64,000 nucleotides of DNA from Roseibacillus sp. (GCA_965242925.1 CBDEUM010000034.1:32001-96000); one strand, 5' to 3'; shown: positions 48,608-59,038, counted from the first letter of the stretch. Notes: generated from the sequence alone by a model not told the origin. Numbers and translations are program-made.

Positions 48608-51334
48608 ATGTTTGCGATAATGACTAGAGCGCTCTGCTTTCTAACCTTTGTATTGGCAACGACAAAGTCTCACTCTGCCGACTGGCCGATGTGGCGTCAT
48701 GATTTTGAGCGCACAGCTGAAAGCCCGCAGGAACTCCCTGATCGTCTGGACCTGCTCTGGCACCGCGACCTGCCATCTCCGCAACCCGCCTTCAACGATA
48801 TCAGGCTCCAATTCGATCGCGGTTATGAACCGATCGTCATGGGTTCGAGACTCTTTCTCGCATCCAGTTCCGAGGATAAGGTCTCGGCGTTCGACACCAC
48901 TTCAGGAAAGCTGCTCTGGCAATTCTTCTGCAATGGACCAGTCCGCCTCGCACCGGTGGCCTGGAATAACCAGGTGTTTTTTGGCTCCGATGATGGGAAT
49001 TTCTACTGCGTGGGTGCCGAGACCGGAAAGCTGGCATGGAAATTCAAGGCTGTCCCCTCTGAGAGAAAACTCATCGGCAACAAGAGGCTCATTTCGGTCT
49101 GGCCTGTTCGCGGGGGCCCGGTTCTCAAGGATGGGCGCATCTATTTTGCAGCCGGCGTCTGGCCCTTTGAAGGAGTATTTCTCTACTGTCTTGATGCCGC
49201 AACCGGTGAACAGATCTGGGTCAACGACAGTGCCGGTCACCTTTACGGACAGCAACCGCACAATGCGGTGGCCCTCGGAGGTATCGCGCCACAGGGTTAC
49301 CTCCTGATCAATGGGGGAGATCTCGTGGTCCCCTGCAGCAATGCCTATCCTGGTCACTTCGATCTAGAAACCGGAAGACTCAGGGAATTCAAACTTCCTC
49401 TCGCCGGACGCTATCCAGGAGGATGGTACGTTTCCCTCCCGGGAAAATCGGAACAGAAGAAGACCAAGCGCAAGAGCTTGCTCGCCGATATCGGAGTGAA
49501 CGTCATCCGTCATGAAGACCGCATGCGGTCCGAGGGCAATCCTGAGATTCGCACCACCATCCGAGCGGGAGATCGAAAGTTCCGGTTCAAGGAAGGATTT
49601 CCAGGAGTCGAAGGGGAGATTTACTCCATGATTGCAGCGGACGATAAGCTGTTCATATCGACGGTAGCGGGACGAATCTATGCTTTCGGGAAATCAAGCG
49701 AGGCGGCAGCCCGGCACTGGACCCGTGCGGAACCTGAACCATCACCGGTTTCTGCTCTATCCGCTGAACTTCTCTCCACCGTCTCCCATTATGGATATGC
49801 CGTATTCCTCGGTGCTCCAGACCTGATCACCCTCCGTCAACTCGTCGCCAAATCCGATTTGCTTCTCATCGTTGTCGAATCCGAAGTAGTCCGGGCGGAG
49901 TCTCTACGCTCCCAACTCCTCGATCTTGGCATCTCCCGCTCGCGCGTTGCGGTCAGTCTTGCGGAACCGGAAACCTTCGAAATGCCGCCCTACTTCGCCA
50001 ATTTCATTTTCATCTCAGATCAAATCACAGTGGATTCACGGGAGCGTGTCTTTGAGTCCGTGCGGCCTTACGGAGGAAAGCTCATCATGCAGACTGGCTC
50101 CGGCCTGCGGACCAGGGTGCGGACAGGCCCTCTCCCGGGCAGCACAAACTATGGGGGTGATTTCACGCAAAGCCCGGACGCCCTCGTGAAAGCGCCCCTC
50201 GGAGTCCTCTGGTACGACGACACCCTGGGACACTTCAAGCGTTCACCGCAACCGAAGATCGTTGATGGGATCATGGTCTCTACCAGCAAGGATTGGCTCG
50301 ATTCCTCCACTCGAGAACGCACGATCGACTACCGCCTCCTGCCCCCTTCCTTTTCTGATGTCTATACCGGTCGCATCCTCACGGAGCTCGAAGCTCTGCC
50401 CCTGAAGCAGTTGCCATCGTTCGAGGTGGACCAGAAAACTGTGCAACCAAGTCAATACCGGCCTGCAAGCCAGAAGAACGACTGGAAGCCGAAGGCTCCC
50501 GTTGCCGGATATCGTCAAAATCCGCTGACCGGAGAAACAGAACCTCGCAGGTTCCCGAAGAGTTATGGATGTGACGGTGGTTTTGACTATGGCAACATAT
50601 ACACCATGCGCTCCGGCACGGCTTCCTTCTACGATAAGCGTATCGATAGCGGCACGATCAATATCAGTGGGCCGCGCTCGGGATGCACCAACAGTATTAT
50701 TCCCGCCAATGGTGTCCTGAACCTGCCCTATTTCTATAAGGGTTGCACCTGCAGTTATCCGCTTCCCACGGGGCTCTCCATGTATAGCCTCCCGGAATCG
50801 CATGAGCAGTGGACAACCTGGGGAGCCAGCGAATCTGATGCCTTTGCCGGGAAAATTCAGCGGGTGGGGATCAATCTTGGAGCCCCTGCCGATCGCATGA
50901 CGGAAAAGGGAACTCTTTGGCTGGATTTTCCCAGTGCCGGTGGTCCCTCACCAGACATCGAGATAGAAACCGTTCCCGCTGAGCCGAAGCATTATTACCA
51001 TCACTCGGTCTGGATGAAAGGAGGCGAGGGGTGGCCCTGGGTGGCGGCTTCCGGAGTAGAAGATCTCGTGTCTATCGCCATCAAGGGTCTGAAACCTGGG
51101 AAGTATGACGTGCACCTGACCTTTGCAAACCCCTCCGCCGAAGGGCGCTGCTTTGATATCTTCCTGCAAAAGCGGCTCGTCTCAGAAAAATTTCTCTCCA
51201 GGGGAAAAATGGTGGGCGTCACCAAGTCCATTCGTAACGTCGATTCCGATGGTCACATCCAGTTGGAATTGAAGGCTCATACGGGTTCGACCCAACTCAG
51301 CGGAATCGAGATCATATCGACGGATCTCAGGTGA
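48608..51334 (+). CDS. PQQ-like propeller + methyltransferase-like + Cys motif + malectin-like domain protein (paralogue of 42116-45907)
   Basis: DWPMWRHD; ISVWPVRGGPV; YGYAVFLG...VVESE...VRPYGG; KAPLGVLWY; YGCD...RSGCTNSIIPANG...GCTCSYP; GINLGAPADR; YDVHLTFAN...FDIFLQ. Confidence 0.88.
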   Translation: MFAIMTRALCFLTFVLATTKSHSADWPMWRHDFERTAESPQELPDRLDLLWHRDLPSPQPAFNDIRLQFDRGYEPIVMGSRLFLASSSEDKVSAFDTTSGKLLWQFFCNGPVRLAPVAWNNQVFFGSDDGNFYCVGAETGKLAWKFKAVPSERKLIGNKRLISVWPVRGGPVLKDGRIYFAAGVWPFEGVFLYCLDAATGEQIWVNDSAGHLYGQQPHNAVALGGIAPQGYLLINGGDLVVPCSNAYPGHFDLETGRLREFKLPLAGRYPGGWYVSLPGKSEQKKTKRKSLLADIGVNVIRHEDRMRSEGNPEIRTTIRAGDRKFRFKEGFPGVEGEIYSMIAADDKLFISTVAGRIYAFGKSSEAAARHWTRAEPEPSPVSALSAELLSTVSHYGYAVFLGAPDLITLRQLVAKSDLLLIVVESEVVRAESLRSQLLDLGISRSRVAVSLAEPETFEMPPYFANFIFISDQITVDSRERVFESVRPYGGKLIMQTGSGLRTRVRTGPLPGSTNYGGDFTQSPDALVKAPLGVLWYDDTLGHFKRSPQPKIVDGIMVSTSKDWLDSSTRERTIDYRLLPPSFSDVYTGRILTELEALPLKQLPSFEVDQKTVQPSQYRPASQKNDWKPKAPVAGYRQNPLTGETEPRRFPKSYGCDGGFDYGNIYTMRSGTASFYDKRIDSGTINISGPRSGCTNSIIPANGVLNLPYFYKGCTCSYPLPTGLSMYSLPESHEQWTTWGASESDAFAGKIQRVGINLGAPADRMTEKGTLWLDFPSAGGPSPDIEIETVPAEPKHYYHHSVWMKGGEGWPWVAASGVEDLVSIAIKGLKPGKYDVHLTFANPSAEGRCFDIFLQKRLVSEKFLSRGKMVGVTKSIRNVDSDGHIQLELKAHTGSTQLSGIEIISTDLR

Positions 51335-51573
51335 ACGGCATGAGGCCCTCCGGGCTTGCCGTCCGACTGGAGTCGATGGAGAGGAGGGGGTTGAGCCGTA
51401 TTTCCACGTCCTTCCCGTCACTCAAGACTGTCTGCTTTTCACTAGGAATTCACCGGATCCGATTTCCAGTGGACCAGGCTGGGATCTTTGCGCCAGGGCT
51501 TTGCTGCGCCAGGAGACATCCAGTGCCGGTAGTGGAAGTGGGCGGCCTTCCGAAACTTGTGATGGGACCGGGG

Positions 51574-54500
51574 TCACTGTGAGGCTGCGGCACGCAGAAA
51601 GGCCATCACCTCACCGTTGTTGATCCCTGCCACCAGATCGGGGTGGCGATCACGGTTGAGATCGATCAGATGGAGTGATTTGGCGTCCCCTGGGATCACC
51701 AGGCCGCTCTCAGATGGCGAGATGGCCTCGAAGAGCCCACCCCCGGTGTTGCGAAGGATCAATCCGACACCACCATCCATGTGACCGGTCTCCGGTTGGG
51801 GCGAAAAGGAATTGCCCACTGCGCACAGATCGAGGTCGCCGTCGCCCTCCAGATCGCTGAAGACCATTGCAAAAATGGGTGCGGCCTGCGCGAGCCTGGG
51901 CAGGGGCCGGAAAGCGAAGCTCCCCGTGCCGTCATTCACGAAGATGCCCGACTGCAGCGTGTTGGCTTCATGCCGGGTCGCGGCTGCAAGCCGTTGTTCC
52001 GGATACAAATCAGCGAGCGCCTTGGTGGCAAAGCTGTGAAAACTGGGGTGTTGTTTGCCCAGGGTTGGCATGGCATTGCGGGAGCAGCTGAACCCGCGCA
52101 CCGGAACCAAGCTGGCGCCTTCGAATTTGGCTTCCACAATTCTTTTCCTGCCACTGCCATCCACGTCGCCGTAGTACATTACGGCAGGATGCCCGGGTGA
52201 GGCGTGGTATTTTGAATTGAGCCCCACGTTGCCCGCCGCGAAATCATAATCACCATCACCATCAACGTCCGCCACCGCAAGGCTGCTCCACCATCCGGCG
52301 AGTTGCTGGAGTCCCGACATGGGGGAAGTGTCAGCAAGGGAGCCTTTCCTGTTCAGGTAGAGTTTGACCGGACCCCAGTCATGAGCGACGAGAAGGTCGG
52401 GCCACTGATCGCCATTGAAGTCGGCCCACCGGGCGGCGGTCACGAGGCCGGTGGCGGCCAGTCCCTTCGGGGTCACTTCCACGAATTTGGGAGTGCCTTG
52501 TCTGCAGTCGTTGCGGAGCAACTGGCTGCGTGGTGTTTCGGGATACCTGCCCGGGATGCTGCGCCCACCCACGAAGAGATCGAGATCTCCGTCGCGATCG
52601 AAGTCGGCCGCGCATACTGCCCCCCCGCTGATGCTGACCGCGGGGAGAGTGCCGACGGGTGCCTTGGAAAAGGAACCTTTCCCATCGTTGAGATAGAGGC
52701 GGTCGCGCAGGAGGGCGGAGCCCGGTTCGCATTCAACACCACCACTCACGACGAATAAATCGAGGTCGCCATCGCGGTCGGCGTCGAAGAAGAGCGGCGC
52801 AATATCCTCGCAGGCCTCGTCGGCCTCGAAGGGATCAAGCGTGTTGACCTTGAAGTGGTCTCCCCGGGCGGAGGGAGCCTCCCGGCGCAAATGGACGCCT
52901 CCGCAGGTGCCTGCTGCACGACCGAGGTAGAAGTCCTGGCGCCCGTCCCCATTGACGTCTCCCCACGCCATTCCCGGTCCCAGTTGCGAAAGTTTGCTGG
53001 GAAGCAGAGGCTGTCCCCTGAAGTCATCGAAGTGGCGCTCCTCATGGGCAATGCCGCGAAAAATCGAGGAGGACACGAACATAGGACGGGGAGAAGTGGG
53101 GAGGGCGATGCCCGTCCGCGGCTCGGTGATGATGTGCAGATTTCCAGCGGCAAGCTTGCCGAGCTTCTGCCGTGTTCCCGAGGGCCAGGTGATGACGAGG
53201 GACTCAAGCTCTGTTGCCTCGCCGAGACCGAAGTGAAGCAGCGGTTCATTGGAGGACATGAAGCCGCGGGAGAGGGTCAGGGTCTTGGTCTGCAGTGCGG
53301 GCCGGGTTCCGAGGTGTGCCACCACGGTTGCGCCCACGCCCCAGCTGTTTCCTCCCCGTCCCTTCAACCGCAATGCGAGCCGATTGCCGCCGGCCAGATC
53401 GTTGCGATAGAGGGAAGGCCTGCCGCCGAAATTGTTCACCACCAGGTCCAGATCAAGGTCGCCGTCGAGGTCTCCGAGGGCGGCCCCATAGCTGACCGAA
53501 TCCCCGGAGAGTCCCCACGCCTTCCCTACGTTCTCGAAGCGCAAATCGCCGGTATTTCGAAACGCCCAGTTTGCGGAGACAAGAGGCTTCTGCTTCGTCC
53601 AGAACGCATTGGCGGCGGATTGACCCTTGTTGGCGATGAGATCCTCCTCCTGCTTGCGCAGGTCGCTGTTGAACCAGTCCCGGCTCATCCCGGTCGAAAT
53701 GTAGACATCGTCGCGTCCGTCACAGTCGAAGTCGGCAAACTTGACGGCCCAGGTCCAGTCCGTGGCCGCCAGGCCACAGAGGTGGGCCACTTCCATAAAG
53801 CGACCCGTGCCGGTGTTGAGGTAAACGGCATTGCGCATATACTGGCGGGGGGAGGGGAAGTTGAGGAACCACGAGTCGCTCTCGCGGCCGGTCATGTTGC
53901 CCATCGACATCTTCTCCTTGTAGTGAGTGCTGCCCGCCATGTCGGAGGCCATGTAGTCCAGGTGCCCGTCATTGTTGATGTCCGCCACGTCGGATCCCAT
54001 GGAAAACCACGGGGTGTGGGGCAGCACATCGGGAGCGACGTCGCTGAAGGTGCCGTCCTTATTGTTGCGGTAAAGACGGTCTGCCCCGTAGAAGTCATTG
54101 GCGACGTAGAGATCGATCCAGCCGTCGGAATCGAAATCCCACCAGGTTGCGGAAAGCCCGTATCCGGTGGTCCAGATCCCCGCGGCCTTGCTTACATCCG
54201 TGAACCTCGGGCGCCCGGCATCGTCATTGCCGTCATTGCGAAAAAGGTAGTCGAACTGGGCGCTGGCCACCTGCTTGTATTTGCCCTCCGGCATCTTTAC
54301 CAGGCCTGCGAATTGGGCATAGCGGTCGGGAAGGATCGGTTCGCCATCCGGACCGGTAGCAACATTGAATCGTTCCTGCAGGAGGCCGGGCGGGGGTTTG
54401 ATGCGATTGGTGACGAGATAGAGATCGAGATCGCCATCACGATCGTAGTCGGCAAAGGCCGCCATCAGGCTTGCTCCTCTGAAGGTCAGGCCACTGCTCT

Positions 54501-54942
54501 GGGCCACTTCGGTGAAGGTGCCGTCACCGCGATTGAGATAGAGGCGGTTTGCCGTCCCAAACATGCAGACGAAAAGATCGAGGCGTCCATCTCCATTCAC
54601 GTCCGCCCAGGTAGTGCCCGCACTCCAGCCGCCTGCTACGGCGAGACCGGCCTGCCCGGTCGTGTTTTCGAACTGAAAGTCTCCGAGGTTGCGATAGAGC
54701 TGTCCACCATCTGCCGGATCGGTGAAGAAGAGATCGGGCTTCCCGTCGTCGTCGTAATCGCCGACGGCCACTCCGCCACCGGTGAACGATCCGCTGATCG
54801 CGTCCTCGAGGCCGGGCGGCGGATTCCAGGTGTGTTTGAAATCGATACCGGCCTGTGCCGGATCGAGTTTCGTAAAGTTGTCCCCGACGCACGAGAGGGT
54901 GCTCGCTAGAAACAGGAGGCAGTGGTGAGAAAAAGAGTGCAT
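51574..54942 (-). CDS. FG-GAP/VCBS repeat protein with ASPIC/UnbV domain (CRTAC1-like)
   Basis: Many D.D.DG..DL repeats (GDYDDDGKPDL, DVNGDGRLDL, DFDSDGWIDLYVAND); GFMSSNEPLLHFGLG...ITWPSG (ASPIC/UnbV). Start uncertain (54993 or 54942). Confidence 0.92.
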   Translation of the reverse strand: MHSFSHHCLLFLASTLSCVGDNFTKLDPAQAGIDFKHTWNPPPGLEDAISGSFTGGGVAVGDYDDDGKPDLFFTDPADGGQLYRNLGDFQFENTTGQAGLAVAGGWSAGTTWADVNGDGRLDLFVCMFGTANRLYLNRGDGTFTEVAQSSGLTFRGASLMAAFADYDRDGDLDLYLVTNRIKPPPGLLQERFNVATGPDGEPILPDRYAQFAGLVKMPEGKYKQVASAQFDYLFRNDGNDDAGRPRFTDVSKAAGIWTTGYGLSATWWDFDSDGWIDLYVANDFYGADRLYRNNKDGTFSDVAPDVLPHTPWFSMGSDVADINNDGHLDYMASDMAGSTHYKEKMSMGNMTGRESDSWFLNFPSPRQYMRNAVYLNTGTGRFMEVAHLCGLAATDWTWAVKFADFDCDGRDDVYISTGMSRDWFNSDLRKQEEDLIANKGQSAANAFWTKQKPLVSANWAFRNTGDLRFENVGKAWGLSGDSVSYGAALGDLDGDLDLDLVVNNFGGRPSLYRNDLAGGNRLALRLKGRGGNSWGVGATVVAHLGTRPALQTKTLTLSRGFMSSNEPLLHFGLGEATELESLVITWPSGTRQKLGKLAAGNLHIITEPRTGIALPTSPRPMFVSSSIFRGIAHEERHFDDFRGQPLLPSKLSQLGPGMAWGDVNGDGRQDFYLGRAAGTCGGVHLRREAPSARGDHFKVNTLDPFEADEACEDIAPLFFDADRDGDLDLFVVSGGVECEPGSALLRDRLYLNDGKGSFSKAPVGTLPAVSISGGAVCAADFDRDGDLDLFVGGRSIPGRYPETPRSQLLRNDCRQGTPKFVEVTPKGLAATGLVTAARWADFNGDQWPDLLVAHDWGPVKLYLNRKGSLADTSPMSGLQQLAGWWSSLAVADVDGDGDYDFAAGNVGLNSKYHASPGHPAVMYYGDVDGSGRKRIVEAKFEGASLVPVRGFSCSRNAMPTLGKQHPSFHSFATKALADLYPEQRLAAATRHEANTLQSGIFVNDGTGSFAFRPLPRLAQAAPIFAMVFSDLEGDGDLDLCAVGNSFSPQPETGHMDGGVGLILRNTGGGLFEAISPSESGLVIPGDAKSLHLIDLNRDRHPDLVAGINNGEVMAFLRAAASQ

Positions 54943-55006
54943 GACGAGGGCGCGAGCATGGTGATAGAGTTCCTTGCCCGCTTCGTCCATCACAACTCCC
55001 CCTGGA

Positions 55007-58000
55007 ATGCTTCACGCACTGGCAAGAACGGCTTTCGTCTTATCTGTATTCGCACTCATTCCCACTGCCGATGCAGAATTGGTGGCCTACTGGCCCCTCG
55101 ACACGGATGCGGAGGATGTCGTCGGGGGATACGATGGTTTTACAAGTGGAGGAGTGGTTTTCGGTGCGGAGGGGGCTGCGGCCCATTCGGGATCGGCAGC
55201 GGAGTTCAATGGAACGTCTTCGACCATCACGGTGCCCTATGCTGCCGCCCTGAACCCAGGCAGTTTCACGGTGGCGATGTGGGCCAATGCCGACAGCATG
55301 GCCGGCTTTGCATCCGCTATCACGAGCCGCGACGACGACAGTGATTCGGTGAATGGCTACATCATCTATAATGACAGCGCGGGTCGCTGGAATTTCTGGA
55401 CCGGAGGGGGTGGGCCCTCGGGATCCTGGCCCCAGCTTCCGGGACCCCCGGTGCAGATTGGATCCTGGACACATCTCGCGATCAGTTATGATGCGGGTTC
55501 GCAGACCATGCGCTTGCATGTCAACGGGGCGCTTGAGCGGTCGGCATCGGGCGCTGGTCTCTATAGTCCGAACGGTCCGCAAACCGAAGACCTCCACATT
55601 GGATCGGGCGCAGACAACGGAAGACAGTTCTACTTTGACGGACTCCTCGATGACGTGGGCCTGTGGGACGAGGCTCTCACCACGGCGCAGATTCAGGAGG
55701 TGATGAACAACGGGATTCCCGAGGGTGCACCGCTAGTGGTGTCCTTCGCCGCCGCCCCACCTTTCATCGATTCGGGGCAGAGCGTGACCTTGTCCTGGGA
55801 CACGGTGCGCGCCAGTTCGCTCTCCATCACGCCGGATGTCGGCATGGTTGCCAGGCCGACCGGAAATGTGATGGTGAGTCCTGCCCAAACTACCACCTAC
55901 ACGCTCACTGCCGTGGGCGAATCTTCCCCCGACGCGGTGGCTCGAATCACCGTAGGGGTGAATGTGGAAGCGCTGCCGCCAGTGATCAACGAGTTCGTCG
56001 CCGACAACGAAACAGGACTCACGGACAGAGAAGGGGACCGGGAGGATTGGATTGAGATCTACAATCCGAACCCCTTTGCGATCCAGTTGGGGGGATGGTC
56101 CCTGACCGATGATCCTGCCGAGCCCGGCAAATGGATCTTTCCTGCCCACGTTCTCGAGAGCGACGGCTATCTCGTGGTCTTTTCTTCGGAGAAGGATGGC
56201 CCGCTGGATGTTTCCTTCAGACTCGCTGGTGGGGGCGAGTACCTCGCCCTGGTTTCACCGGATGGCGACATCGTTCAGGAGTTTGCTCCCACCTATCCGT
56301 CTCAGTTCGATGACGTCGCCTTCGGGATTCCGACCGGGGGTGGCGTTGCGGTTTCACTCAGACCCACTCCGGGTGCCGCTAATGGGTCGGGGCTCTCCCA
56401 GATCCCTCCGGCCATCCTCAGCGTCAACCAGCATCCGCTCACTCCTGCCCAGAGCGAGGCACTGGTGGTCACCGCCGAGATTGAACCCCGTCTGGGGGCG
56501 ATCGCTACCGTCACGCTCACTTATCGCGTCAATTTTGATCGCGAGTTCTCCCTCCGCATGACCCAGGTGGGCGGAACCAGTTATCGTGCCACCATTCCCG
56601 CTAGAGCCTACTCCGCGGGAGACATGGTGCGCTGGTTCGTCATCGCCAGCACGACAGGCAGAGAGACCACGCGCTCGCCCGCCTTTCCCGATCCCACCGA
56701 ATCCGCGCAGTATCACGGAACAGTGGTGGCGGACCCCTCCATCACCTCCTCCCTTCCGGTGCTGCACTGGTTTGTTCAGAACACGGGTGCCAGTAATACG
56801 CGCGCCGGGACACGAGCCAGTCTCTATTTCGCGGGGCGCTTTTACGATAACATCTTCTGCCGCATACGAGGGCAGAGCACCGCCAACTGGCCCAAGCATA
56901 AATACAAGTTCGACTTCTATCGCGGAGGGCACTTTTTCTGGAAGGAGGGAGCCCCCAGGGTGGAGGAGTTCAACGTCAACTCGCACTACCGCGACGGCTA
57001 TGTGCGCGAGAATGCGATCTTCGCCTTCCTCAACGAAGCTGGTTCACCTGCGCCCGCCACGATGTTTATGTGGATCCGGCGCAACGGAGCAGACTTCGGA
57101 CTCTTCTCGTTCGTGGAGCAGATCGACGAGGAGTTTCTCGGGCGCCACGGCTTTGATGCCAGCGGTCCGATGTACAAGGCGATCAATGTCCCCGCCACTC
57201 TTTCACCCACCGTCAACACCAGTCTTTATCGCAAGGTTCTCAATCGTGATGCCCCCTACACCGATCTCCGTGATTTTACTGCCAGGATCAATATCTCCAA
57301 TCCGAATCGCTTCGCCTATGTCGCCGATGAGGTGAATCTTCCCAACTACATCAACGTGATGGCCGCAATGGCGGTTCCCTTTAATCACGATCAGCTCACC
57401 AAGAATTACTATCTCTACCGCGATCCGCATCGACAGGAGTGGTTCCGCTTCCCCTGGGACGGGGACGCAGGATTGCCATCCGGCACCACGAGTTCTCACG
57501 AGAACTGGTCCAGTCCGCTCTACGGCGACGCAGGGCACACGCAGGAACTGGTTAACGGTAATCCCAACCCGACCTGGCAGAATCACATGCACGCGGCAAT
57601 TTTGGATAATCCCATCACACGGGAAATGTACATGCGCCGCTTGCGCAACCTCGCCGATCAGTACCTTCGGGTGGACCGCAGCGGAAATGGATGGTTCGAA
57701 AACCTCATCAACGGGTGGAATGCTGAGATTTCAGCGGATGCTGCCCGTGACTTTCAGCTGTGGTCGCCCCAGGGAATCAGCTCCCTCAGCGGCACGATTT
57801 CGAATGTTCTCAACACCTCCCTGCCCAATCGTCGCAGGGCCCTTTTCCAGACCTACGGTCCACCGGGGACCGGACTCATCCCCCATCCGGAGCCCTCAAA
57901 TGCGAGGGTTGAGTTTGGAGCCATCGATTTCAATCCCGCCAGCGGTGATCAGGATCACGAGTATATCGAGATCATCAACACCAACGATTACGCAGTCGAT

Positions 58001-59038
58001 CTCAGTGGTTGGCGAATCGAGGGGGGCATCACCTTCACCTTCCCGCCGGGTGCCGTGATCCCGGCCGCCGGTGTCGATCCCGAGCGCGGCAAGGTGTTCC
58101 TGAGCCCCGACGTGATGTCCTTCCGGATGCGGCCCTCCGGTCCCACCGGCGGCGAATCGCGGATCATACTCGGCAACTACGCTGGCCATCTCTCGAACTT
58201 CGGGGAAACCCTTACTCTCCTCGACGACACCGCGCGCCAGGTTGCCCGGACTGTGCTGACTCCTCTCCCCAGCGATGTGCAGCTCTACCTCGCGGTATCG
58301 GAGGTCATGTACCACCCTGCGGTGGAGGGAGCCGAGTTCATCGAATTGATCAACATCAGCGACGTGGTCACGCTAGACCTCACCCATGTGAGGTTCAGCG
58401 CCGGGGTGGAGTTCGATTTCACCGGGAGTGCCGTTACTTCCCTTGCTCCCGGCGCCCGGGTGCTGGTCGTGCGTGACCTGGTCGACTTTTCCGCCGCTTA
58501 CGGTGCCGGGTTGCCGGTCGCCGGCGTCTTTGCCAATGGTAGTGCGCTCTCCAACGGTGGTGAGCGCATCAAGGTCGACGACGCTTCGGGAAGTAGTGCG
58601 ATCAACTTCAGCTATCTTGACGTGGAGCCATGGCCGTCTGCCGCCGATGGCGGGGGGTATAGCATCGTCTTGAAGCGGGTAGAGACCGGGACCGATCCGA
58701 GGGAAGCCAGGAATTGGAGGTCGAGTGCCCTTTCCGCCGGATCACCGGGTCTCAGCGATGTCATCCCCTTTGGAGGAGGCGATGCCCTGAGTTACGCCCT
58801 GGCCAGCGAACCAATTGTCCAACGCACTGCCGAACAGGTCACCTTCAGCTACCAGCACCGTCTCGGTGCTGAGGAGGCTGAGCTCACGGCGGAATGGTCG
58901 GGCGACCTGATGGTCTGGAATTCCGAGGCACTGGTCTTGCTCAGCCGGACGCCGGACGGGTTGGGATTGGAGAGGCTAACCTGGCAATTACCGGCTGGAT
59001 CCAGGGGATTCGTGCGCTTGCGGGTGGTGGTGCCCTAG
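55007..59038 (+). CDS. Secreted LamG / lamin-tail / CotH kinase protein with C-terminal module
   Basis: ELVAYWPLD LamG; VINEFVADN; RIRGQST...KHKYKFDF; NHDQLTKNYYLY; PWDGD; LAVSEVMYHP; WSGDLMVW...GFVRLRVVVP. Confidence 0.9.
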   Translation: MLHALARTAFVLSVFALIPTADAELVAYWPLDTDAEDVVGGYDGFTSGGVVFGAEGAAAHSGSAAEFNGTSSTITVPYAAALNPGSFTVAMWANADSMAGFASAITSRDDDSDSVNGYIIYNDSAGRWNFWTGGGGPSGSWPQLPGPPVQIGSWTHLAISYDAGSQTMRLHVNGALERSASGAGLYSPNGPQTEDLHIGSGADNGRQFYFDGLLDDVGLWDEALTTAQIQEVMNNGIPEGAPLVVSFAAAPPFIDSGQSVTLSWDTVRASSLSITPDVGMVARPTGNVMVSPAQTTTYTLTAVGESSPDAVARITVGVNVEALPPVINEFVADNETGLTDREGDREDWIEIYNPNPFAIQLGGWSLTDDPAEPGKWIFPAHVLESDGYLVVFSSEKDGPLDVSFRLAGGGEYLALVSPDGDIVQEFAPTYPSQFDDVAFGIPTGGGVAVSLRPTPGAANGSGLSQIPPAILSVNQHPLTPAQSEALVVTAEIEPRLGAIATVTLTYRVNFDREFSLRMTQVGGTSYRATIPARAYSAGDMVRWFVIASTTGRETTRSPAFPDPTESAQYHGTVVADPSITSSLPVLHWFVQNTGASNTRAGTRASLYFAGRFYDNIFCRIRGQSTANWPKHKYKFDFYRGGHFFWKEGAPRVEEFNVNSHYRDGYVRENAIFAFLNEAGSPAPATMFMWIRRNGADFGLFSFVEQIDEEFLGRHGFDASGPMYKAINVPATLSPTVNTSLYRKVLNRDAPYTDLRDFTARINISNPNRFAYVADEVNLPNYINVMAAMAVPFNHDQLTKNYYLYRDPHRQEWFRFPWDGDAGLPSGTTSSHENWSSPLYGDAGHTQELVNGNPNPTWQNHMHAAILDNPITREMYMRRLRNLADQYLRVDRSGNGWFENLINGWNAEISADAARDFQLWSPQGISSLSGTISNVLNTSLPNRRRALFQTYGPPGTGLIPHPEPSNARVEFGAIDFNPASGDQDHEYIEIINTNDYAVDLSGWRIEGGITFTFPPGAVIPAAGVDPERGKVFLSPDVMSFRMRPSGPTGGESRIILGNYAGHLSNFGETLTLLDDTARQVARTVLTPLPSDVQLYLAVSEVMYHPAVEGAEFIELINISDVVTLDLTHVRFSAGVEFDFTGSAVTSLAPGARVLVVRDLVDFSAAYGAGLPVAGVFANGSALSNGGERIKVDDASGSSAINFSYLDVEPWPSAADGGGYSIVLKRVETGTDPREARNWRSSALSAGSPGLSDVIPFGGGDALSYALASEPIVQRTAEQVTFSYQHRLGAEEAELTAEWSGDLMVWNSEALVLLSRTPDGLGLERLTWQLPAGSRGFVRLRVVVP

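Noticed and set aside
52855..54909. 684-aa + strand ORF, and similar long antisense ORFs at 2963-4516, 7222-8499, 29150-30430, 31371-32975 and 42707-44317
   Set aside because: Shadow ORFs opposite well-supported genes; expected from GC-rich codon bias and lacking any motifs.
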